A stretch of DNA of 64,000 bases from a bacterium (lineage in GTDB: Bacteria; UBA8248), in NCBI GenBank assembly GCA_963692865.2, contig OY843592.1, positions 64,001-128,000 of the forward strand, given 5' to 3'. Each line of letters starts with the position of its first letter. The first letter of the stretch is position 1. Shown here in pieces: positions 18,518 through 28,470 of this stretch. The notes below the pieces were generated by a model. It was not told the origin of the DNA, searched no databases, and saw only the letters and a program-made list of their open reading frames with translations. The position numbers were made by a program, and so were the translations under genes.

Positions 18518-19840
18518 CTATCTTTCCGGAATCAGTCCGCGGGGGCTGAAGCGCAGAACCACCAACAGGATCACCCCCATGACCATCAGTCGCATGTGGG
18601 CCGCGCTTTCCATCAGATGCCGGCGCAACGGACTGTCCTGTCCGAGACCCGAGGTGAGCAGGTCCATCACCCAAAGACCGATGGGTTCGGCTTCCACCCA
18701 GAAGAACCAGATGACGAAACCGCCCAGAACCGCGCCCCGGTTGTTCCCCGAACCGCCGACGATGACCATCACCCAGATGATGAAGGTGAAGCGCAGCGGC
18801 TGGTAGGAAGCGGGCGTGAACTGCCCGTCCAGGGTAGTGAGCATGGCCCCGGCGACGCCGGCCACCGCCGAACCCAGGACGAACACCTGCAGATGGCGGC
18901 TCGTGACGTCCTTGCCCATGGCGGCGGCGGCGAGTTCGTTGTCCCTGATGGCGCGCATCATCCGGCCCCACGGGGAATGGAGCGCCCGTTCGCAGAGCCA
19001 CAACAGGGTGAAGAGCACAATGGCGAACAGCCCCGCGTAGCATAATTTGACGAAGATGGAAGAAAACTCGACGGGCGATACGCCCAGACGGGCGGCCCAA
19101 TCCCGGAACCAGAGAGCCTGCTGAAGGTCGACCTCATACGGCACGGGACGCGGCAGCCCGCTCACGTTCTTCACGCCCCGGGCCAGCCAGTCTTCGTTTT
19201 TCAGCACGGCGATGATGATCTCCGAAATGCCCAGCGTGGCGATCGCCAGATAATCCGCCCTTAAACCTAAGGCGATTTTTCCGATCAGCCAGGCGACGGC
19301 GGCGGCGAGCAGCCCCCCCGCGATCCATGACAGCAGGATGGGCAACCCGAGGCCGCCCAGAAACCCGGCTTTGGTCGGGTCAACGGCCTCGATGGCTTCC
19401 ACCGCAGGGAAAAAGAACGACCGAGCGAGGAAATAGCCGCCGATGCCGATGCAGGCGACGACAACTTTTCGCGGCAGCCCGGCGGGCGCGCGTCTGGCGG
19501 CGAAAACAGCGGCCAGAATCGTCGCCAGTGAGATCGCCAGGGCGACGATGATCCCACTGCCGCCCGCTCTCCAGGCCGCCGGGACGGGCGCGACGGAGAC
19601 GAGAACCGCCGTCACCCCGCCCAAAGCCGCAAACCCCATGACGCCGATGTTGAAGAGTCCGGCGTAGCCCCATTGTATGTTGACGCCCAGCGCCATTACG
19701 GCCGATATGAGGCAGAGGTTCAGGATCGCCAGCGCCAGGGACCAGCTCTGGATCACGCCGACCACGGCCAAGGCCGCGAACATGGCGCCGAACATGCAGA
19801 CGGCGCGCACGTTCTCTCCCGTGCGGTCCGCAGGGTTCAT
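18518..19840 (-). CDS. livM: Branched-chain amino acid ABC permease (LivM-like)
   Basis: GVNIQWGYAGLFN.G, LRADYLAIATL, SPWGRMMRAIRDNE, IVGGSGN. Confidence 0.88.
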   Translation of the reverse strand: MNPADRTGENVRAVCMFGAMFAALAVVGVIQSWSLALAILNLCLISAVMALGVNIQWGYAGLFNIGVMGFAALGGVTAVLVSVAPVPAAWRAGGSGIIVALAISLATILAAVFAARRAPAGLPRKVVVACIGIGGYFLARSFFFPAVEAIEAVDPTKAGFLGGLGLPILLSWIAGGLLAAAVAWLIGKIALGLRADYLAIATLGISEIIIAVLKNEDWLARGVKNVSGLPRPVPYEVDLQQALWFRDWAARLGVSPVEFSSIFVKLCYAGLFAIVLFTLLWLCERALHSPWGRMMRAIRDNELAAAAMGKDVTSRHLQVFVLGSAVAGVAGAMLTTLDGQFTPASYQPLRFTFIIWVMVIVGGSGNNRGAVLGGFVIWFFWVEAEPIGLWVMDLLTSGLGQDSPLRRHLMESAAHMRLMVMGVILLVVLRFSPRGLIPER

Positions 19841-20850
19841 GGGGCTCTCCTACCGAAAATGCCGGTGGGCCGAAGCAACAAGACCAGCACCAGAATGACG
19901 AAGGAAACCGCGAACTTGTAATCGGTGGACAACAGTTGCACCAACCCTTGCGGCGCCCAGTCTCCGGGCGCGAGATAGGCGACGAATTTCCTGTAGGCAT
20001 AGGTAAGCCCGACTTCGGAGAAGGCGATGGTGAAGCCGCCGGCGATCGCGCCCAGCGGGTTGCCCAGTCCGCCGACGATGGCGGCGGCGAAGATGGGCAG
20101 CAGAAGGTGGAAATAGGTGAACGGCTTGAAACTCTTGTCCAGGCCATACAGGACGCCGGCGGTGGTGGCGAGCGCCGCGGCGATGATCCAGGTGGTCCGC
20201 ACGACCCGTTCCGGATCGATCCCCGAGAGCAGGGCCAGGTCCTCGTTGTCGGAATAAGCGCGCATGGATTTGCCTGCGCGCGTGCGGTTCAGAAACGAGA
20301 AAAGCGCCGCCACCACGATGACGGCCGTCAGGATGGTCAGCCCCTGTGTGGTCTTGAAGGCGACGCCTTCGCTCAAACCGCTCAGGCGCTTGAAAGCCGG
20401 CGCCGTGATGATGAAGCGCTCCCCATCGACGAACCACCGATCGGCGGGCCCGATGATGAAGCGCACCAGGCTGTTGTAGACGAACATCACCCCGACCGAA
20501 ACGATCATCAACACCTCGGGCTTCGCCTTCACCCGGCGATAGAAGCGATACACCCAGCGATCGAGCAACAGGCAAAGGGAGATCGTGCAGAGGACGCCGA
20601 ACGGCAGGGCCAGCAGCGCGGTCGGCAGCGGGAAAATGGAAACGCCCCAATGCTGGAACACCCAGGTGAGCAGGATGGTCGCCATGGCCCCGAAGGCCAT
20701 GGTGTCGCCCTGGGCGAAGTCCGAAAAGCGCAAGATGGCGTATATCAGGGTGACGGCCAGAGCGCCGAGCGCCAACTGGCTGCCGTACGCCATGGCGGGA
20801 ACGATAACGAAATTCGACAGCAGGAGCAGCGCGTTCAGGATGCCGTCCAT
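19837..20850 (-). CDS. livH: Branched-chain amino acid ABC permease (LivH-like)
   Basis: TLIYAILRFSDFAQG, GKSMRA.SDN..LA.LSGI, AAIVGGLG. Confidence 0.88.
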   Translation of the reverse strand: MDGILNALLLLSNFVIVPAMAYGSQLALGALAVTLIYAILRFSDFAQGDTMAFGAMATILLTWVFQHWGVSIFPLPTALLALPFGVLCTISLCLLLDRWVYRFYRRVKAKPEVLMIVSVGVMFVYNSLVRFIIGPADRWFVDGERFIITAPAFKRLSGLSEGVAFKTTQGLTILTAVIVVAALFSFLNRTRAGKSMRAYSDNEDLALLSGIDPERVVRTTWIIAAALATTAGVLYGLDKSFKPFTYFHLLLPIFAAAIVGGLGNPLGAIAGGFTIAFSEVGLTYAYRKFVAYLAPGDWAPQGLVQLLSTDYKFAVSFVILVLVLLLRPTGIFGRRAP

Positions 20851-20854
20851 CGCC

Positions 20855-21571
20855 TCATCCGCCCAGAAACGCCCGGCGGACTTCCGTGTTCATCATCAGG
20901 GCCGGGCCGGTGTCGGTATAGCGGTTCCGCCCCTGCACCAGCACGTAGCCCCTGTCGGCGATGCTCAGCGCCTGGCGGGCGTTCTGCTCCACCATCAGAA
21001 TGGCGACGCCGTCGCCCGCGATGTAGAGGATCCGCTCGAACAACTCGGTCATCACGATGGGCGAGACTCCCGCCGTGGGTTCGTCGAGCATCAGCACCTT
21101 GGGCCGCGTCATGAGCGCGCGGCCCACCGCCACCTGCTGGCGCTGGCCGCCGGAAAGCTCGCCGGCGAGTTGACGGCGTTTTTCCTTGAGTACCGGGAAG
21201 AGGTCGAAAACTTGCTCCATGGTCTCCGCAATGTCGTCCTCGCGGATGAAGGCCCCCATCTCCAGGTTTTCCTCCACCGTCATGGAGGTGAAGACGTTGC
21301 CCGTTTGCGGCACCAGGCTCATGCCGCGGACGACGCGATCCTGCGGCGTCAGCCCGGTGATGTCCTCCCCTCCCAGGCGCACCGCGCCCCCGCGCACGCG
21401 CAACATGCCGAAGAGCGCCTTCATGGCCGTGGATTTGCCCGAGCCGTTGGGGCCGACGATGGCCGTGATTTCTCCGCGCCGGGCGCCGATGGTGCACCCG
21501 CGCAGAATGTCCGGCCCGCCGTAGCCGCCGGTCATGTTCTCGCCGATGAGATAATCTTCCGAATCATTCAT
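20855..21571 (-). CDS. livF: ABC ATPase (LivF-like)
   Basis: GPNGSGKS, LSGGQRQ, LDEPTAG, VEQN. Confidence 0.9.
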   Translation of the reverse strand: MNDSEDYLIGENMTGGYGGPDILRGCTIGARRGEITAIVGPNGSGKSTAMKALFGMLRVRGGAVRLGGEDITGLTPQDRVVRGMSLVPQTGNVFTSMTVEENLEMGAFIREDDIAETMEQVFDLFPVLKEKRRQLAGELSGGQRQQVAVGRALMTRPKVLMLDEPTAGVSPIVMTELFERILYIAGDGVAILMVEQNARQALSIADRGYVLVQGRNRYTDTGPALMMNTEVRRAFLGG

Positions 21572-22355
21572 CGTCGTCGGATCGGTCCGGTTCGTCTTTG
21601 CGGCGCCCGCCCAGATAAGCCGTAATGACCTGCTCGTCGGCCTTCACCTCCTCGACGCCGCCCTGTGCGAGAATCGCGCCCTCGGCCATGACGATCACGT
21701 GATCGCAAAGGCGCGAGATGAAATCCATGTCGTGCTCTATCATGCAGAATGTATAGTTGCGCTCGCGCTGCAAACGCAGGATCGCATCGCCCAGCGTTTT
21801 GAGCAGGGTGCGGTTCACACCGGCGCCCACCTCGTCGAGAAGAACGATCCTGGCGTCGGCCATCATGGTGCGGCCCAGTTCCAGAAGCTTCTTCTGGCCG
21901 CCGGAGAGGTTCCCGGCCAGTTCGTCGGCTACCTGCGTGATTTGAAGAAACTCGACGACTTCATCGGCCTTGGCGCGAACGAGCTCTTCTTCGGAGCGCA
22001 CCTGCGCGGGCCGCAGCCAAGCGCCGATCAGGTTTTCTCCCGACTGGCCCGAGGGCGCCATCATGAGGTTTTCGCGCACCGTCAGGGTGGGGAATTCCTG
22101 CGCGATCTGAAAGGTGCGCAACATGCCCATGGCGCACAATTCATGAGGTTTGAGACCGGTGACGTCCGCTCCGTCCAGATAGACGCTGCCCGACGTCGGA
22201 CGGTAAACCCCCGCGATGACGTTGAACAGCGTGGTCTTGCCCGCACCGTTGGGGCCGATGAGACCCGTGATGCGGCCGCCGTCGATGGAGAGGGAAACGC
22301 CATCGACGGCGCGAATGCCGCCAAAGTGCATGTGCAGATCAACAACCGAGATCAT
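21564..22355 (-). CDS. livG: ABC ATPase (LivG-like)
   Basis: FGGIRAVD, GPNGAGKTT, LSGGQKK, IEHDM, AYLG. Confidence 0.9.
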   Translation of the reverse strand: MISVVDLHMHFGGIRAVDGVSLSIDGGRITGLIGPNGAGKTTLFNVIAGVYRPTSGSVYLDGADVTGLKPHELCAMGMLRTFQIAQEFPTLTVRENLMMAPSGQSGENLIGAWLRPAQVRSEEELVRAKADEVVEFLQITQVADELAGNLSGGQKKLLELGRTMMADARIVLLDEVGAGVNRTLLKTLGDAILRLQRERNYTFCMIEHDMDFISRLCDHVIVMAEGAILAQGGVEEVKADEQVITAYLGGRRKDEPDRSDDDE

Positions 22356-22430
22356 GAAACCCACAAAGAACGCCCGGCCGCATCGTCCGGTCGTCTCCCA
22401 TGGAGCGAATCACCGACAAAACGACCCGGG

Positions 22431-23615
22431 CTAGCGGTACCGCGCGGTGGTGATCTTCCCGCCCTTCACGAGTATCTCGCGGTAGTTGCCCGCGCTTTCG
22501 CCGGGGCCTATCAGTTCGACCGCCGAAGCGCCCACGTAATCGACGTCGCCGCCCTTGGCGATAATCTTGAGCGCCTTGGCCAGCTCACCGGGATAAATCT
22601 TCTCGCCCGGCGCATTGGCGACCATCATCACCTTGTCCTTGAGTTTCATGCTCTTGCTGGAGCCGGCCGCCTGCATGGCCAGTAGAATCAAGGCCGCGGC
22701 GTCATAGGATTCGGGCACGAACGGGGTGCCCCCCTTGAAGCCCGCCTTCTTTGCCAACGCTCCGAGCTTCGCGGCGCCCGGGCTGTCCGTGCCGGGAACG
22801 GTGCCGAAAGAACCATCGAGCGCTTTGCCGATGGCCTTCGGCAGGCTTTCGCCGATCATGCCGTCGGGCAGTACGAAGGTCTTGAACGCGCCGGTATCGA
22901 CCGCCGCCCGGATGACGCCCTTGCCGCCCTGGTCCACGTAACCAGCGACGATCAGAACGTCGCCGCCCGCGGCCGCGAGCGCGCCGACTTCCGCCGTGTA
23001 GTCCCCCTTCCCGTCTTCGTGCGCGGCGGAAATCGTTATCTTGCCGCCGGCCTTCTCGAAGTTGGTCTTGATGCTGTCGGCCAGACCCTTGCCGTAGTCG
23101 TTGTTGGTGTAGGTCAGAGCCGCCGACTTGACGCCCCGTTCCTTCAAAACGGCGCTGATGACCTGCCCCTGCCGGGCGTCGGAGGGAGCGGTGCGGAAAA
23201 ACAGGCCGTTGTCCTTGATGGTGGAAAGGGCCGGCGAAGTCGCCGAGGGGGAGATCATCACGACCCCGTTGGGCAGGGCCACGCTTTTCAGCATGGCGAT
23301 GGTGACGCCCGAACAATCCCCGCCGACGATGGCGTTGACCTTATCGGACGTGACCAGACGCTCGGCCGCCGCCCTGGCGGCCGCGGAATCGGTGCAGGTG
23401 GTGTCGCCGCGCACCGAAACCACCTTGGCGCCGCCCAGGAGGGCGCCGCTGTCGCTGACTTCCTTGATCGCCAACTCGGCGCCCTTGGCCATACCCGGCG
23501 TCAGGGATTCAATGGGGCCCGTATAACCGAACAGGACGCCCAACTTGACGGTTTCCGCGCCGGCCGCCGCACTTGCGAGTAAAACCAAAGCCATCGCAAC
23601 AAGTAGTTTTTTCAT
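22431..23615 (-). CDS. ABC substrate-binding protein (LivK/LivJ-like)
   Basis: Signal peptide MKKLLVAMALVLLASAAAGA, ISPSATSP, FFRTAPSD, NNDYGKG. RBS AGGAG. Confidence 0.9.
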   Translation of the reverse strand: MKKLLVAMALVLLASAAAGAETVKLGVLFGYTGPIESLTPGMAKGAELAIKEVSDSGALLGGAKVVSVRGDTTCTDSAAARAAAERLVTSDKVNAIVGGDCSGVTIAMLKSVALPNGVVMISPSATSPALSTIKDNGLFFRTAPSDARQGQVISAVLKERGVKSAALTYTNNDYGKGLADSIKTNFEKAGGKITISAAHEDGKGDYTAEVGALAAAGGDVLIVAGYVDQGGKGVIRAAVDTGAFKTFVLPDGMIGESLPKAIGKALDGSFGTVPGTDSPGAAKLGALAKKAGFKGGTPFVPESYDAAALILLAMQAAGSSKSMKLKDKVMMVANAPGEKIYPGELAKALKIIAKGGDVDYVGASAVELIGPGESAGNYREILVKGGKITTARYR

Positions 23616-23955
23616 TGCTCGTCTCCTATACGGTCGGGTCATGGTTGTGAATATGGCGGCGCTCCTAACCTTCAACGTGAATGAAACCAAATTATACATG
23701 AATACAAATCCGGGAATCGACGAAATTCTTACGGAGAATCAATGAAATTCTTATAAGCAAGCGATTTCACGCGAAGAGCGCACCGGGTGGGGGATTGCTG
23801 TCTCTTTCGTATTAGGCGTATGGAATTTTCAAGGGGATCCGTTTCAGCGCTCGTTCTTCAGAACGCGGGAACGACAACCAGGACGGCAGGAGAGCGGGGC
23901 CGGCGCCTTCCTGCGCCTGCATCCTGTGGAGGGAAGATGCTCCCCGGTTTTCGAA

Positions 23956-24032
23956 TGGCACGCCCGGTAGGACTCGAACCTACAACCTTCGGATCCGAAG
24001 TCCGACGCTCTATCCAATTGAGCTACGGGCGC
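23956..24032 (-). tRNA. tRNA-Arg(UCG)
   Basis: GCGCCCG acceptor, TCGGA-CT-TCG-GA-TCCGA anticodon arm, GTTCGAGTC, CCA end. Confidence 0.95.
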
Positions 24033-24046
24033 GCGATATCCGTCGG

Positions 24047-24076
24047 TCTTGTTCGGAAGCCGGCTTCCGAACAAGA
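24047..24076. repeat. Perfect 30-bp palindrome in the tRNA spacer
   Basis: TCTTGTTCGGAAGCC|GGCTTCCGAACAAGA. Confidence 0.9.
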
Positions 24077-24090
24077 ATGCGTAAACGCCG

Positions 24091-24167
24091 TGGGGTGAGT
24101 GAGGGGATTTGAACCCCCGACCTCCGGGGCCACAACCCGGCGCTCTAACCACTGAGCTACACCCACC
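24091..24167 (-). tRNA. tRNA-His(GUG)
   Basis: G-1 present, CCGGG-TT-GTG-GC-CCCGG anticodon arm, GTTCAAATC, CCCA end. Confidence 0.96.
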
Positions 24168-24235
24168 ATGCCTTCATTCCTCTCCCCCGCGGTGGCCTCG
24201 CATACGGGGAGAAGGGCGACGCGATTTCCCAAAAA

Positions 24236-24312
<77 letters not shown>

Positions 24313-24686
24313 CCGCCTCGGCGACTTTTCCGTGGCGACCCATTCGCAGGCGCCGATTTTCCGCCTGAAAGGCAAAAGAAAGTATCATAAATCGAGATCG
24401 TCAACAACGCTTGGTCGAGGGAGCACCACCCTGCGCGAGCGGCATCGGTTCAAAAAGAACGGCTCTTCGTCCGGCGGGTGCGGGGAGACGTCCGGGACGA
24501 TTACGCGGACGGATAAACCAGAAAAGCGCGCGCATAGGGCCTCCCGGCCCCGCCCCGCGAGCGCCCCCTTCTCCCCATTTTTTTAGATTGAGCGGTTCAG
24601 TATAAGGAAACCACCGGAAATGTCCAGCACCCTCGGGAGACGCCCCGACAACACGCATCGGGAGCGACCACCGGCGAAGCGGGAAC

Positions 24687-25577
24687 CTACTCCCCCTCGA
24701 AGGGTTTCCTGCGCACCCTGCCCTCGCCCACCAGGGCCGCCTTCATGAGGAGAACCAGCGTGTTGGTCCGGGGAATGAGGTGGATGAAGCGATCGAGTTT
24801 CTGATCGATCACGTCGATCTCGCCCTCGGAAAGCCCCAGCGCCGCCGCGCGCTCCCTGCCCAGTTCGACGGCGAAGGGAAACTCCTGCGCGGCCGCCGCC
24901 GCCGCTCCTTGCGCCTGGGTGACGGTGATCCGGTAGCCCGCCTTCGCCATCTCTTCTTTCAAGAACGGCCACACGCGCTCCAGGAAGGCGGGATGATGCC
25001 CGAGGGCGCGCCAGACGCTGCCCAGCCCTCCGGTCGCCTCGCTAATCTCTCGATAGAGGGCGGCCAGAGAATCATCGACGGCCGCCGGGTCGACCAGGCT
25101 CCCGGCGCGCATCGAGGCGGGCGGCCCGGTGGGCAGCGCATCGGTGTCCGCCTCAGAACCCGGGCGGACGCCGCCTATCTTCATGCCGTTGAGCGCGCCC
25201 TTGAGCGCCGCCGCGAGAATGAGGTTCTTGGGATTCGCGTCGTTGTATACGTCCAGGACGCCATCGACCGCGTCGATGTCCTCGGGTGAGTAGCCGCAGT
25301 CGTCTTCCAGTTCTTCGCCCACGTCGGGCACGTCGGGTGGCAGGGGCGGGGCCATCCGCATCCTGAGGTTGTCCGCGCAGCGCTCGAAATAGGCGATGGA
25401 GGCGTTGGGTCTGAGCGCGTCCCAGGCCGCGCAGAAGTAATCCTCATGCACCGCGAGGGTGCGGTAGATCAGGTTCACCTGCGTGCTGCGGAGCACCCGG
25501 CGCATGTCTTCATAAATCGCCGCGACTCTTCCCGCGGCGCGATCTTCGGTGATCTCATCAAGAGCGATGGGCTTCAT
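24687..25577 (-). CDS. DehI-family (group I haloacid dehalogenase-like) protein
   Basis: E..E..A.G.VA.IY.D.R, W..LRPN, Y..ANPK.L, pseudo-dimeric two-repeat layout. Confidence 0.7.
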   Translation of the reverse strand: MKPIALDEITEDRAAGRVAAIYEDMRRVLRSTQVNLIYRTLAVHEDYFCAAWDALRPNASIAYFERCADNLRMRMAPPLPPDVPDVGEELEDDCGYSPEDIDAVDGVLDVYNDANPKNLILAAALKGALNGMKIGGVRPGSEADTDALPTGPPASMRAGSLVDPAAVDDSLAALYREISEATGGLGSVWRALGHHPAFLERVWPFLKEEMAKAGYRITVTQAQGAAAAAAQEFPFAVELGRERAAALGLSEGEIDVIDQKLDRFIHLIPRTNTLVLLMKAALVGEGRVRRKPFEGE

Positions 25578-25727
25578 AATTTCCTCTTCAAGGCCTCCAA
25601 GACGAAAAACAGGGCAGCGGCCCGGTGAGGCGCTGAAATAACCGCCCAGAGTATAGGGGTGGCGATGGGATGGAACAAGCCGGTCTCGCCCCGAAACCCG
25701 TTGTCTTCAAGAAAGCAGAAAAAACCC

Positions 25728-25772
25728 TTGACAGAAAAATTGAATGGCAATATATTTGATTTATTCAAATAT
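25728..25772 (+). promoter_or_regulatory. Sigma70 promoter with overlapping palindromic operator for the MarR-permease unit
   Basis: TTGACA(25728)-17 bp-TATATT(25751). Inverted repeat ATATTTGA-N5-TCAAATAT at 25752-25772. Confidence 0.75.
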
Positions 25773-25873
25773 TGATATTCGACATATTTGACGAACATTA
25801 CAAAAACATCGCTTGGCGCAAGGAATCAGCCAAGAGGATTCGGGAACAAAAACATAGAGGAGTTGAGAACGGA

Positions 25874-26359
25874 ATGAACACCACACCACAAACCTGCTGC
25901 GAAGGCGCAGCGCTGGAAACCCACGACCTCGGCGCGCGTCTTCACGTGGCGCTCGATAATCTCTTTCACCAGAAAAAACCCGCCGATAGAGAGGCGGTGT
26001 GCTGCCACGACATCACCCACAATCAATGGACGCTCCTCCACATGCTCGCGGACGCGGAAGCGGGGCCCCTCCCCATGGGGGTCATCGCCAGGCGAATGCG
26101 GCTCACTCCGAGCGGGGTGACGCGCTGCGCGGACCCCCTCGTCGAGCGCGGGCTGATCGAGCGCTGCATGAAGGAAGGAGACCGCCGCGTATGCTGTCTG
26201 GTACTGAGCGAGGCCGGCGCGGCGCTTCATGCCACCATCTCGCAAGACTGCGCGATCGAGGACGGCGCGCTTCTGGACGCTTTTCCCCCCGAGGAACAAG
26301 AAGAGATAGTTCGCGCGATAGAAAAACTCGCGCGCGCCGCCAAGGAGTTATCTTCATGA
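25874..26359 (+). CDS. Cys-rich MarR-family transcriptional regulator
   Basis: wHTH LTPSGVTR..D.LVERGLIER...GDRR. Nine Cys including three CC pairs. Confidence 0.85.
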   Translation: MNTTPQTCCEGAALETHDLGARLHVALDNLFHQKKPADREAVCCHDITHNQWTLLHMLADAEAGPLPMGVIARRMRLTPSGVTRCADPLVERGLIERCMKEGDRRVCCLVLSEAGAALHATISQDCAIEDGALLDAFPPEEQEEIVRAIEKLARAAKELSS

Positions 26360-27453
26360 TCACCGAAGTGAAAACGGCCCCTGCTTCCGACGGCCCCGCA
26401 TCCCCGGCCGAGGACGCTTCTTGTTGCGAGCCTGCGCCAAAATTCAGGTGGACTTCCCCCTACCTGTGGAGCTCCATTTCCTTGAGTGTGCTGTTGGCGC
26501 TCATCCTGTGGGCGGGAGCGGAACGAGAGATTTCCGCCGAGATCCTCGCCGTCGAGATCAAACGGAATCTCCTCTTTATGCTGAACAGCTTCCGGGGCAT
26601 CGCGCCCTTTTTCCTGTTGAGCGTGGGGGTCTCGGCGTGGGTCACCGTCGCCGGATACGCGGACAAGATAAAAACGGTGTTCGACAAGCGCCAGGGCATG
26701 GCCATCGTCGGCGCATCGGCCGTGGGCGCCGTGGTTCCGTTCTGCTCCTGCGGCGTCATCCCCCTGATAGCCGCCATGCTGGCAAGCGGCGTGCCCCTGG
26801 GGCCCGTGATGGCCTTCTGGATGAGTTCGCCCCTCATGAGCCCCGAAAAATTCGTGCTGACGGCGGGCGTTCTGGGCACGGACTACGCCGTCGCGCGGCT
26901 CGTCAGCGCGGTCGTCCTGGGCGCAGGCGCGGGCTACGCCACCTATCTCATCGGACGGGGCGGCAGGCTCGATGGCGAACTGAGGAGCATCGTCGCGCCT
27001 AGAAATCGAGAAAACCAGAATGACACCAGAATGCCGAGGCCGTCTCTGGGCGGCTTCGCCATCCAGGCGAGGAGCGTTGGACTTTACCTCGCCAAATGGC
27101 TGGCCGTGGCGTTTTTCCTGGAAGCGCTCATCGTCCACTACGTCGACCCCGCGTGGATAGGCGCGATACTCGGCTCGGACAACCCCTGGTCGATTCCCCT
27201 GGCGAGTGCGGTGGGAATACCGCTCTACACCTCGGGCGTCGCCGCGATTCCCATCACCAAGGGGCTCATCGCCGCAGGCATGGGCGGGGGCGCGGCGATG
27301 GCGTTTCTCATCGCGGGTCCCGTCACGTGCGTCCCCGCCATGGCCGGCGTGTGGGCGCTGGTGAAACGAAAAATTCTTGCCATCTACCTGGCGGGCGGCA
27401 TACTGGGTTCGCTGGTTGCGGGATACGCTTTCCAGTTTCTCGTCCGGTTATAA
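26356..27453 (+). CDS. ArsP/DUF318-family permease
   Basis: PFCSCGVIP, G.PLGPVMAF..SSPL, GIPLY, AFLIAGP. ATGA overlap with marR; N-terminal SCC. Confidence 0.85.
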   Translation: MITEVKTAPASDGPASPAEDASCCEPAPKFRWTSPYLWSSISLSVLLALILWAGAEREISAEILAVEIKRNLLFMLNSFRGIAPFFLLSVGVSAWVTVAGYADKIKTVFDKRQGMAIVGASAVGAVVPFCSCGVIPLIAAMLASGVPLGPVMAFWMSSPLMSPEKFVLTAGVLGTDYAVARLVSAVVLGAGAGYATYLIGRGGRLDGELRSIVAPRNRENQNDTRMPRPSLGGFAIQARSVGLYLAKWLAVAFFLEALIVHYVDPAWIGAILGSDNPWSIPLASAVGIPLYTSGVAAIPITKGLIAAGMGGGAAMAFLIAGPVTCVPAMAGVWALVKRKILAIYLAGGILGSLVAGYAFQFLVRL

Positions 27454-27588
27454 GATTCAAGGCCCCCGGCCTCGGGGGTCTGCGCATCTCCTCCCGGGAA
27501 ATCCCCCTGCGCCTCTCGACAAGATGCGCGCGCAGTCGTAACCTCCGGGAAAATTTATGAAACAACCTCACCCTGGAGACATGCGAAA

Positions 27589-28446
27589 ATGCCGATATCC
27601 CTTCACGCCGCTGAATACTCCGAACCCAGCCGCATGAGCGTGGGCTACGTCATCACCACGCCCGAGGTGCGCTCGCCCCTGATGCCGGGCGTACGCGGGG
27701 ATTTCGGCGAGAATCTGGGCGTCCTCAAGGATCTGGGCTACGACACGCTCGAAGTCGCCATGCGCGACCCGGAGGACCCAGACGCCCAGGGGGTGGGGGC
27801 GGAAATCGCCCGCTCGGGCCTTTCGGTGACGATGATAGGCTCGGCCCCCAGCGAACTTCAGGACGGGGTGATGATGTGCCACCCCGATGCCCAAGTTCGA
27901 GAAGCAGGCGCGGCCCGGCTGCGCTCTCTGATCGATGCGGGCGAGAAACTCGGCGCCTTGGGCGTGAACATCGGCCGCTTCCGCGGCACGTGCATCCCGG
28001 GCGAGATGTGGGAGACCTCGAACGGATGGATGCGCGACGCGATGACCGCAGGAGCCGACTACGCCGCCGCGCGGGGCATGAAGATATACATCGAGCCCTA
28101 CAACCGCTACGAGACGAACTTCATCAACACCGTGCGCCAGGGGATGGAATACGTGAAGGAGGAGAACCACGCAGGCCTCGCGCTGATGATAGACAGCTGC
28201 TGGATGAATTCCGAGGACGCCTCCATACCCGGAGCCGTCTTCGCCGCGCGCGAGTGGATAGAATACGTGCACGTGGCCGATTCCACGCGCGGCTATCCGG
28301 GTTCGGCCCACATCCACTTCGGCGACTTCATCCGCGCGCTCCGCGAGATCGGTTACGAGGGCGTGCTATCGGTGCAGATCGACCAGAAACCCGCCTTCCG
28401 GGTCGCGGCGGAGCGGAGCATCACGCTGCTCAGGTGTTTTTTGTAG
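27589..28446 (+). CDS. Sugar phosphate isomerase/epimerase (xylose-isomerase-like TIM barrel)
   Basis: IEPYNRYETNFINT, L.ID, HVADSTR..PGS.H..F. Confidence 0.88.
   Translation: MPISLHAAEYSEPSRMSVGYVITTPEVRSPLMPGVRGDFGENLGVLKDLGYDTLEVAMRDPEDPDAQGVGAEIARSGLSVTMIGSAPSELQDGVMMCHPDAQVREAGAARLRSLIDAGEKLGALGVNIGRFRGTCIPGEMWETSNGWMRDAMTAGADYAAARGMKIYIEPYNRYETNFINTVRQGMEYVKEENHAGLALMIDSCWMNSEDASIPGAVFAAREWIEYVHVADSTRGYPGSAHIHFGDFIRALREIGYEGVLSVQIDQKPAFRVAAERSITLLRCFL
28036..28446 (+). repeat. Left copy of the ~410-bp direct repeat bracketing the restriction island
   Basis: 28036-28341 is identical to 34679-34984. The last ~105 bp differ, mostly at synonymous sites. Confidence 0.95.
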
Positions 28447-28470
28447 AGGTGGAAATGAAGGGCACACAAC

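Noticed and set aside
24400-24686. GC-rich intergenic region upstream of the tRNA operon as 6S, SRP or riboswitch RNA
   Set aside because: No conserved motif could be matched by eye. It needs an Infernal search.
25999-26355. N-terminal extensions of the permease (also 38875-39501 for rdgB, 11924-12112 for the ACAD-like gene, 61226-61597 for the peptidase)
   Set aside because: They overlap upstream genes or repeats. Better starts with an RBS or translational coupling exist.
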